A stretch of 64,000 nucleotides of DNA from Macrostomum hystrix. Lineage: Eukaryota > Animalia > Platyhelminthes. Location: the NCBI GenBank assembly GCA_950097015.1, contig CATNEN010000003.1, forward strand, positions 9,114,001 to 9,178,000, in the 5' to 3' direction. Below the pieces are notes generated by a model. It did not search any database, was not told the DNA's origin, and was given only the letters and a program-made list of their open reading frames with translations. Position 1 is the first letter of the stretch; each line of letters opens with the position of its first letter. A program made the translations under genes and the position numbers. Below, one piece after another: positions 51,901 through 60,880 of the stretch.

Positions 51901-52384
51901 CACCGGCCTTTCCTCTGTTCCTCCTTCCAGAATTCCTCTCTCCCTCATCTCTTCTTCTAGCGCAATTTTTTCTTCCCATCCCTGTACAATGATCCCATCA
52001 ACCATCACGCTATCTAGCTGTGTACAACGGCACTAGAATTCTTCTTCCCTCCTTTATTACGAAGCCATGCAGTGTTAGCCTAGCCTAGCTTAGCCTAGCA
52101 AAGGTTTCCGAGCGAAGTTCTGGTCATTGATTTTCTGAACCTGTCCGTTCTCCTTCAAACCTCCACCTCAAACCTTCCCAGTTTCGAAACCGGGAATTCT
52201 TAATCTTTCCTTGGTGCCTGATTGATACCAGTAAGTGAATAGAAGAAGTACATTGTTGATTCGTGAGAAAATAACTGTTTGGAAAGTTGATAGATATTAG
52301 AAAATTAACAAAGAACAGACCTATATGAGTACAGTCTACAGACAATGTTAGGGACACTCACTTTTCAACTTTCGATCGACTCAT
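45971..52384 (-). CDS. Paramyosin, ~894 aa, 11 coding exons
   Basis: Exons 52384-52362, 51484-51349, 51079-51023, 50924-50592, 50202-49957, 49365-49169, 49036-48898, 48441-47836, 47746-47297, 47178-46885 and 46174-45971; all GT-AG and phase-compatible. Short non-helical head with [35 protein letters not shown], a myosin-tail coiled coil and no motor domain. Exon 1 is the least certain. Confidence 0.92.
46484..46595 (+). mobile_element. SINE family B fragment in paramyosin intron 10
   Basis: CAGTCCATGGACTG...GCAGCCTTCAGATGCGCC.CGCAATAGCTGCGGCTGTG, shared with 50354-50419. Confidence 0.7.
48550..48690 (+). mobile_element. SINE family A, internally deleted copy
   Basis: Head AACGCGTTTGCCTCTCG..AAGGTCCC fused to tail CATTGCCCACAGCCCTCCTGCAA. 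Confidence 0.7.
50272..50420 (+). mobile_element. SINE family B with tRNA-like head
   Basis: GTAACCTAGTGTTTAGAGCGTCAGACTT...GAAGGTCGGGGCTCAATTCCC (A-box/B-box-like), followed by the body shared with 46484. Related heads at ~34273-34333 (+) and ~35470-35580 (-). Confidence 0.62.
50425..50575 (-). mobile_element. SINE family A, central fragment
   Basis: GTACACTCTCACTGTGCCTTGGAGGTTGGCCCTCAAGGGCG. Confidence 0.85.
51113..51295. repeat. ~24-bp repeat (TCACTCTAGATGTCACTCCAATCG)n in paramyosin intron 2
   Basis: About 7 degenerate units. Confidence 0.85.
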
Positions 52385-53121
52385 GATGACGAATTCCTCC
52401 TTTTACAGATCAAAACGCGAATGACGCTTTCGAAATTCGGCTAGGAAAAAAATAAAGAAAAAATTATTAGAAAACTTTCTTAAAAAATCGAAATTTTCGA
52501 AACTTTGCAGTGGAGGAAAGCTAGCGATGAGCTTCAGATGAAAATCTAATGCGTTTGAAGTCGTTCTCCGAACAAAGATCACCGTGGTTCGATTTCTGGT
52601 TGACAAATATAATTTGATTCTATTCTATTTTAGCTGAAGAAATAAACACGACCGAAATGGCTGCAGATTGAAGTTGAAATGAAGCTTTTTGGTTCAGGAC
52701 AGCTGGAAGACTGGATCACGATCAAAGAACCACGTACAGGGACCATTTATACGCTCACATAGTACAGTACGCGCCGTGAAATCTTTACACCGAAGTCGAA
52801 TACCGAATAGGCAACGAAAAAGGGGTGTCTGCGTTCGCCTCCCCTACTGTGTGGACTGTTCGCAATGTGAACGTCCATCCACCGCATCCACCGCTGATAA
52901 AGGTCATGCCATAATTTCTCTCTCACCTTGTCCCTCATTCCTCTGCTCCCCTACCGTGGGGATTATTAGTTTTTCTGGCCGACATAGCTGAGGCTGAAAC
53001 TTTCAACTGGCTTGACGACTGCGCAGACAGAACTAGATTGAACATGACTTTTAAAACAGTGGATGTGATCACACATCGGACTGCCAATTTTAGACGTCGA
53101 AAAATTTAGATTTTATTTTAT

Positions 53122-53465
53122 GGGGCTGAGTGGCAGAGCAGTCTAACGCGTTTGCCTCTCGCACGAAGGTCCCTGAGCTCGATTCCGCGGCGAGGCCACA
53201 TTTATTTAGGGCGCAGCAGCGAAGCTTGTCGTGAAGTTTACGCCCTTGAGGGCCAACCTCCAAGGCCCAGTGAGAGTGTACACTGCCTGACGATGAGAAA
53301 GTCAGGGCAGATGTACACACCAGTGTGAGTGTGTACCTGCGTACAGCATCCGTGTGCGTGTGTGCTCAGGCGTCAGCGAAATTAGCAGAATTGCCTCCTC
53401 GCTGGCTGCAGGTCATGAGTCACCAAATGATGTGTCATTGCAAGCAGCCCTCCTGCAAAATAATA
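53122..53465 (+). mobile_element. tRNA-derived SINE family A, full-length copy (~345 bp)
   Basis: 5' GGGGCTGAGTGGCAGAGCAGTCTAA (A-box-like) and GAGCTCGATTCCG (B-box-like), internal hairpin GTGTACACTGCCTGAC...GTCAGGGCAGATGTACAC, and an A/T-rich tail. Ten copies or fragments in this window. Confidence 0.88.
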
Positions 53466-53533
53466 TATTAAAGATAGATTATAACTGGCTTTCTCTAGAA
53501 ATTTTATCTCTAAATCTATTCCTGAAACCACAG

Positions 53534-53600
53534 ATTCATGAAACCCCAGCTATTCATGAAACCCCAGCTATTCATGAAACCCCAGCTATTCATGAAACCC
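53534..53600. repeat. 18-bp repeat (ATTCATGAAACCCCAGCT)x4
   Basis: Directly visible. Confidence 0.9.
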
Positions 53601-54139
53601 AAGATTTATGAAGCTACAGAATGTCTTTCATTTATAAGTTTAGCTAACTTAAGGAATATCGTCGAAATTGAAAATAAAATTGTACGAGCTATAACGTACT
53701 TTAGTTGCTTAGCGAGCTGAAATAAATCGATCTAAAAAATCGATCGAATGGTCAATGTCAAAATGCTCTGATTTGTGAGCTGCACACTCTCTTTGATATT
53801 CCCTCAAACAAACTCTCTTGTAGCAACCAAACGTGTTGCTTGATTTTGGATAACGAATCGCCATGTCGATAAAAGCTAATGCCCTGCATATGCCTATAGT
53901 CTGGAAGCTAAGTGGCTAAGGTGCGACCACCTTCTGTACTGAGAGGGCCATTGAGATGTGTAAAATTTCGTCCCAAAAAACTAGTAAGTTAGAAAACGAA
54001 GTGCAGCTTGTAAACTTCTCATTGGTATATTAACAGATTGATAGTAGAAAATCCTTCGCTAGCTAAGAACTACAGTCGCGATCGATATTACAACGAGTTT
54101 ATAAGTTTACAATTCTACGAGTTTATTGGTAAACGTTTA

Positions 54140-54950
54140 TAGCTGGTGAATCATGCTGGCAATATTTTGAGCGATCGGATTTCTAGCCAATCTGGGAGAT
54201 CCGAGTTCTAAAACAGCTAGCGAAGGTGTTCCGGAAGCAGGAGATCAATCATAAAAATGAAGTTCCACGCAAGAGAAGCCATCAAGACCAGCAGATTCTG
54301 GCAGATTCGAAGTCCGATTTTGCAGGCTACATGAAAAACTGGGAAAAAATGCCGGCCAACTGTTCCGAATTGTATAAAGTGAACGAATTCAGAACAAAAA
54401 CTATGCTCAGTGCTGCCCTAAAGTCGCTACAAAAGGTTCAGTCAAGCACCGACGTGTTGAAGTTGGAGCGTTTGAGCAGTCTCATTATTGAACGCATTGA
54501 GAACGAGATGCCAGCTATTGAAGCCTTCCGAACATTGATACGTTCCAACGCCCTGCCCAGTGGCTACCGATTTCAGGGCAGCGTGCATCGAGGGACTTCC
54601 AGGACACCTAGGATATCGATCTGGTGCTGAAAAAATCTTCCATCAGGATTTGAAGTAAACAACATCGCGCCAGGTTTTTGTCAGTTTCGGAAGCGCTCTA
54701 CTATTGAAAAAGTAATAGAAACTTATGGACCTTTGGAATTGTTTCGCAGCGGACGTTGGTTCAACAGCGCCAGCGCAACCGTACTGGTGCTAAGTCCGGG
54801 AAAATTCCGTAAGAAATTCAGCGATTGGTGTCTGTGACGCACGACCACTGCTTCACTGTTGCTGGGCGAGAAGTCGACTTTGTATGCGCGCTAGACATAA
54901 AGTACATCTGAAACACTGCTACTTTTGGCTGCGCAACGTCCAGTTTGATT
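54140..54950 (+). pseudogene. Pol-beta-superfamily nucleotidyltransferase of Mab-21/cGAS-like (cGLR) type, frameshifted and truncated
   Basis: Stitched reading: FQGSVHRGTSRTPx/DIDLVLK/NLPSGFEVNNIAPGFCQF...VLSPGKFRKKFSDW/..FTVAGREVDFVCALDIK. It has the GS motif (54577), DxD (54612-54620) and third Asp (54876). Requires indels near 54611, 54630-35 and ~54830. Confidence 0.68.
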
Positions 54951-54964
54951 CATAATCCTTGATC

Positions 54965-56580
54965 CCATTGCTTGATACAATTCTCAATGTTGGTTCACTC
55001 AGCTTGATACAGTTCCCAGAGTGATTCAATCAGTTTGATACAGTTCCCAGAGTGATTCACTCAGCTTGATACAGTTCCCAGAGTGATTCAATCAGCTTGA
55101 TACAGTTCCCAGAGTGATTCAATCAGCTTGATACAGTTCCCAGAGTGATTCAATCAGCTTGATACAGTTCCCAGAGTGATTCAATCAGTTTGATACAGTT
55201 CCCAGAGTGATTCACTCAGCTTGATACAGTTCCCAGAGTGATTCAATCAGCTTGATACAGTTCCCAGAGTGATTCAATCAGCTTGATACAGTTCCCAGAG
55301 TGATTCAATCAGCTTGATACAGTTCCCAGAGTGGTTCACTCAGCTTGATACAGTTCCCAGAGTGGTTCACTCAGCTTGATACAGTTCCCAGAGTGGTTCA
55401 CTCAGCTTGATACAGTTCCCAGAGTGATTCAATCAGCTTGATACAGTTCCCAGAGTGGTTCACTCAGCTTGATACAGTTCCCAGAGTGGTTCACTCAGCT
55501 TGATACAGTTCCCAGAGTGGTTCACTCAGCTTGATACAGTTCCCAGAGTGGTTCACTCGGTTTGATACAGTTCCCAGAGTGGTTCACTCGGTTTGATACA
55601 GTTCCCAGAGTGGTTCACTCGGTTTGATAAAGTTCCCAGAGTGGTTCACTCGGTTTGATACAGTTCCCAGAGTGGTTCACTCGGTTTGATACAGTTCCCA
55701 GAGTGATTCAATCAGCTTGATACAGTTCCCAGAGTGATTCACTCAGCTTGATACAGTTCCCAGAGTGATTCACTCAGCTTGATACAGTTCCCAGAGTGGT
55801 TCACTCAGTTTGATACAGTTCCCAGAGTGGTTCACTCAGCTCGATACAGTTCCCAGAGTGGTTCACTCAGTTTGATACAGTTCCCAGAGTGGTTCACTCG
55901 GTTTGATACAGTTCCCAGAGTGATTCACTCAGCTTGATACAGTTCCCAGAGTGGTTCACTCAGCTTGATACAGTTCCCAGAGTGGTTCACTCAGCTTGAT
56001 ACAGTTCCCAGAGTGGTTCACTCAGCTTGATACAGTTCCCAGAGTGGTTCACTCAGCTTGATACAGTTCCCAGAGTGATTCAATCAGCTTGATACAGTTC
56101 CCAGAGTGGTTCACTCGGTTTGATACAGTTCCCAGAGTGGTTCACTCAGCTTGATACAGTTCCCAGAGTGATTCAATCAGCTTGATACAGTTCCCAGAGT
56201 GGTTCACTCAGCTTGATAAAGTTCCCAGAGTGGTTCACTCAGCTTGATACAGTTCCCAGAGTGGTTCACTCAGCTTGATACAGTTCCCAGAGTGATTCAC
56301 TCAGCTTGATACAGTTCCCAGAGTGGTTCACTCAGCTTGATACAGTTCCCAGAGTGGTTCACTCAGCTTGATAAAGTTCCCAGAGTGGTTCACTCAGCTT
56401 GATACAGTTCCCAGAGTGATTCACTCAGCTTGATACAGTTCCCAGAGTGGTTCACTCGGTTTGATACAGTTCCCAGAGTGGTTCACTCGGTTTGATACAG
56501 TTCCCAGAGTGGTTCACTCGGTTTGATACAGTTCCCAGAGTGGTTCACTCGGTTTGATACAGTTCCCAGAGTGGTTCACT
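54965..56580. repeat. 31-bp minisatellite (GATACAGTTCCCAGAGTGGTTCACTCAGCTT)n, ~51 units
   Basis: Directly visible. Confidence 0.98.
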
Positions 56581-56584
56581 TCGC

Positions 56585-57018
56585 TTTGTACAATTTTTCT
56601 CCAGAACTACAGTAGGCTTCGGTTCGCAGTGTGGCTTGTTGGCCTCGGATTCAGACTTCTTGCACTTGGCAGTCTGTGTAACAATCTCCACCATGCGCTC
56701 ACCCGCCTCAGCAGCATATGCCGACTTCTTGACAATAGCATGTTCAACAACGGAATCTGGCGTCTCAACTCTTCAGCTTTCATAGATTTCACTTCAGCAT
56801 CAGTCTCCGCATCCCGCACTTCCTTCAATTGCTCCTCGGTAAGTGTAGAGTCCTCAAAATCAAATCCCATCAAATCGCTTGCCTGCGCTGCAGTAAGTCC
56901 GGTATGCGAGCCGACTGTCGCTTGGAGCAAACGCAGAGGAGAAAACAAAGTCGACCTCTTCTTTTGTTAGGCCACAGATGTCTTCTTCTTCTATCCTGTC
57001 CCAGCGTATCATATGTTT
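56585..57018 (-). pseudogene. Unidentified frameshifted E/K-rich coding-like fragment
   Basis: After an AG acceptor at ~57019: MIRWDRIEEEDICGLTKEEVDFVF / GFDFEDSTLTEEQLKEVRDAETDAEVKSMKAEELRRQIPLL / AEAGERMVEIVTQTAKCKK, split by frameshifts. Family not recognised. Confidence 0.3.
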
Positions 57019-58262
57019 CTGTGCCGACGCGAATTAAAATATTAAAACATAAAAGAGCCCAACTGGTCTGTCTGGGAAGCTCGTCCACTTAACTACTTTA
57101 ACTACGAAGAATTAGTCTATGGTCAAAAGCCTCACTAGCACTCTAGCCACGGCAGAGATTTAGCGCATCCAACAAAAAATTCGTCCACTTTTTCCTCCGA
57201 TTTTTCTTAATTACCCTACACCTAATGTATGCCTAATGCTGTGACTCGATATGCTTTTCGTAGTTTTTATATTATCCCTACTTCGTTATTAAAGTGGTTT
57301 AAGATTTTTCATAATACACATCGTCGGTTTAACGTCCTGCTACTAGTCTACTAGAGTTCCTTGCTTCATTGAAGCTCGGAATAAAAAAACCGGTTTAAAA
57401 TGTAACGGATCGTTAAAGATATCGCCAGTTTGACGTTTTTTTAACTTCGAGAAGCAGAACGAGCTAGCTCGTAGTTAAGAACACTTCAGCTTTATATTTT
57501 GAACATCAACGTTTCGCCTAAACTTCATAGGACTAGAAAAAAGGTATGCATTCATTTATAGCATTCTCTTTCTATACCTGCTCTGCCAGGGTTGACAGAA
57601 AGAACAATTAAATTATAACAAAGCGACCAATCCTAACATACATATTGTGTTTCTGTACAGCCATGTGTTTTTCTAGTTAGATTCACAGAGAGTTAGCCCT
57701 CTAAATTTTTCACTTACAAAAATTTTCTCTCTCAACTTACATTGTTCGACCATACACTGCGAATGTTTGTCGAGCCTTGGCCCCCTCAGTGCAACCTTCA
57801 ACTCATGGAGAATGCCGAAATCTCAGTTTAGTTACGACCAGCTCGAGAAAAGCTCTCTACTCTGACTCTCTTTCCTTGCGAGTCTGAACCATCGATGCCA
57901 TTTGCGCATGGTTTTCTAGCCTCAAATGACTGGTTGGCAACGCATAGGGACTGCAGACAGACAGACACACACAGAGGTAAATCAAAAGCACGTCTATAAT
58001 TAAAGCCAAAACGAGGGTCGAAATCAGCTAAATTTGTGTTTTTATTGTTGATTTTGGCTTCTACGGCGCGTCGGACTGTGACATTGTTAAGAAGACATCT
58101 CGCAAAGTGCTGCGCGAAAAAATCTGAAAGCTTAATCTCGTAAGTTAATCATTGAGTTAAAATCAAGAAGACGATTATCTTCGTAAAGGCAACCTTAAAG
58201 AACCAAAAGACACATCTTTAATCGGAAGACCTTGTTTGTGAGAATCAGCAAAGTGACACGAG

Positions 58263-58885
58263 CTTCCAGATTGTGGTACAGACTTCCAGATTGTGGTACA
58301 ACCTTCCAGATTGTGGTACAACCTTCCAGATTGTGGTACAACCTTCCAGATCGTGGTACAACTTTCCAGATTGTGGTACAACCTTCCAGATTGTTGTATA
58401 ACCTTCCAGATCGTGGTACAACCTTTCAGATTGTGGTAAAACCTTCCAGATTGTGGTAAAACCTTCCAGATTATGGTACAACCTTTCAGATTGTGGTAAA
58501 ACCTTCCAGATTGTGGTACAACCTTCCAGATTGTGGTACAACCTTCCAGATTGTGGTACAACCTTCCAGATTGTGGTACAACCTTCCAGATTGGGGTACA
58601 ACCTTCCAGATTATGGTACAACCTTCCAGATTATGGTACAACCTTCCAGATTATGGTACAACCTTCCAGATTATGGTACAACCTTCCAGATTATGGTACA
58701 ACCTTCCAGATTATGGTACAACCTTCCAGATTGTGGTACAACCTTCCAGATTATGGTACAACCTTCCAGATTATGGTACAACCTTCCAGATTATGGTACA
58801 ACCTTCCAGATTATGGTACAACCTTCCAGATTATGGTACAACCTTTCAGATTGTGGTACAACCTTCCGGATGGGGTCAACCTTCC
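58263..58885. repeat. 20-bp minisatellite (ACCTTCCAGATT[G/A]TGGTACA)n, ~30 units
   Basis: Directly visible. Confidence 0.98.
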
Positions 58886-59001
58886 ACGATCGCAAACAAC
58901 TGATAAAAAATTGACACAAAAATAGACAATATCCTGAAACCTCAACAATCCCCCTTAATCCAGCAATCGAGAGTCGTCTATACAACTTCCTCCTCGAAGC
59001 A

Positions 59002-59301
59002 ATGGGTCTGGGCGGCAGCCGCGAGCAGCTACCCTCCGAGAGCGGCTCGGACGCGCTCTACTGGGCCGCCTACTTTGGGAAACTGGAGGAGCTACGCATG
59101 AGACTGGACGCCGGTGCCGACGTCAACCAGAGGGAGAGCGAGTACCGCAGGACGCCGCTGATTGCCACGGCCTTCAAGGATCGCTGGGAGGCGGCGCTGA
59201 TGCTGCTTGAGCGCGGAGCACGTCTTGAGGAGCGCGAGGACTCGCTGGGCTGCACAGCCCTGATGATTGCGGCGCAGTACAATTCGCTTGGAGTTGCACA
59301 G
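59002..59301 (+). CDS. Ankyrin-repeat protein, first coding exon (gene continues beyond window)
   Basis: MGLGGS start (N-myristoylation consensus MGxxxS). Ankyrin repeats ALYWAAYFG..GADVN, TPLIATA..LLERGA, GCTALMIAAQ. Ends CAG|GTGAGC in phase 0. Confidence 0.9.
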
Positions 59302-59349
59302 GTGAGCATTTTTGGCTCCAAGACCTTCGAGAATCCCTTAGGTGAGTCA

Positions 59350-59722
59350 CTCAGGTAATTTCTTTAGAGATTCCTTCTGGGAATCCTTTAGGAGATCTCT
59401 TTGGGGAATTTGGGGAATCCTTCTAGAAGTCTTTCATGGAATCTCTTTGGGGACTCAATCTGGGCATCTCTTTGGGGAATCCTTATGGAAATCCCAGTGG
59501 GAAATCCTTCTGGGAATCTCTTTGGGGAATCCTTCTGGGAATCTCTTTGGGGAATCCTTCTGGGAATCTCTTTGGGGAATCCTTCTGGGAATCTCTACGG
59601 GGAATCCCAGTGGGAAATCTTTCTGGGAATCCTTTCGGAGAATCCCTCTGGGAATCTCTTCGAGGAATACTTCTGGAAATCTCATCAGGAAATCTTTCTT
59701 GTAATCTCTGTAGCGAATCCTT
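59350..59722. repeat. ~25-bp degenerate minisatellite (GGGGAATCCTTCTGGGAATCTCTTT)n, intronic
   Basis: Ends at the LTR insertion. Confidence 0.88.
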
Positions 59723-59989
59723 TGTAGCGTCTAAAACGAACTTTTATTTCAGACTTAGTTACGACTCTAACTTTCTTTAATTTCCATAGACAACCCCACT
59801 TGTTCCACCAAGAATACTAGGATACTAGCCCTCCCTTTTTCCCATAGATTAACTGTACCAGCTCAATTAAATAAAGCCGACCACGGGGGCCAAGGCTCCC
59901 CTTCTTAACCCTGCTAAAAGAAATACAAGTTCACCGCCTTAGCTTAATTTGTTGTGGCTAAGAGCCACAAGTGGTAGCAGAGCGTGACG

Positions 59990-60880
59990 ATGCCTAGTAG
60001 CAAGCGCAACAAACACCAGACCGGACCTGAATCCACACCAGCTGCAGGAAGACACAGAAATGCAATGGATTCACTCGAAGCAGCAGTACTAGTACCAGCG
60101 CCTGCGCCCGCGCCCGTGCCCGCGCCCGCACCTGCAGCTACTCAGAATCAGGAAATAATCCGCAGCATAGTGCGACCTCCGATGTTTTACCGGAAGCATC
60201 CGGAAACTTGGTTCCGACAGCTGGAATCCCAGTTCGTCCAATCTGGCATCACCAACTCTACGACCAAATACCACTATGCTCTTTCGGCCCTTCCCGAAGA
60301 AGTGGCTTGTGATATCACGGGCACTACGAATTACGAAGAGTTGAAATCCGCGGTATTGAACAACCTCCGCGCGGATCGACACCTTCTCATTGAAGAGGCG
60401 TTGGCGGCTGTTGAACTCGGTCAGCGACGACCCACTCAGTTGGTCAACGACATTCAACGCCGTTTTGCAGATGTTGGGCTACAGGTGGACGACGCCATTG
60501 TTAAGGCACGTTTGATCGCCGCGCTTCCAACCAACATCAGGTGTGCTTTGGTCGCCCACGAGAGCAGCCCGTTAGATGTATTTGCCAAGATCGCCGATGG
60601 CATGGTCGCCGTAACCGGACGTCCTTCCCCTTTCGTGGATATTCAAAGCCTCTCATATGCGGACAACAACCGGAACAGCAGAGAGACTACCTCAGAAGAG
60701 CGATACAAGCGACAGCAGCAGCGTCCACTGATTTGTAATGCGCATATTTTCTATGCCAGCAAGGCCCGCACATGCCGCCCATGGTGTCAGTGGCCAGGCA
60801 ACAAACCAAAAACTGTATTGCGTCCTAGCCAATCGACCCCGGCTCACTCGCGTTCTGCTTCACCTCTCCCAAACGCGTAA
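59990..60880 (+). CDS. gag: Gag
   Basis: PPMFYRKHPETWFRQLESQF..GIT...TKY, and a C-terminal CxxH..YxxKARTCRPWC motif. Confidence 0.9.
   Translation: MPSSKRNKHQTGPESTPAAGRHRNAMDSLEAAVLVPAPAPAPVPAPAPAATQNQEIIRSIVRPPMFYRKHPETWFRQLESQFVQSGITNSTTKYHYALSALPEEVACDITGTTNYEELKSAVLNNLRADRHLLIEEALAAVELGQRRPTQLVNDIQRRFADVGLQVDDAIVKARLIAALPTNIRCALVAHESSPLDVFAKIADGMVAVTGRPSPFVDIQSLSYADNNRNSRETTSEERYKRQQQRPLICNAHIFYASKARTCRPWCQWPGNKPKTVLRPSQSTPAHSRSASPLPNA

Noticed and set aside
45971-52384. Myosin heavy chain
   Set aside because: No motor-domain exons; the N-terminus and length match paramyosin.
20255-58885. CRISPR-like arrays
   Set aside because: The repeats are head-to-tail with no unique spacers, there are no cas genes, and the context is eukaryotic.
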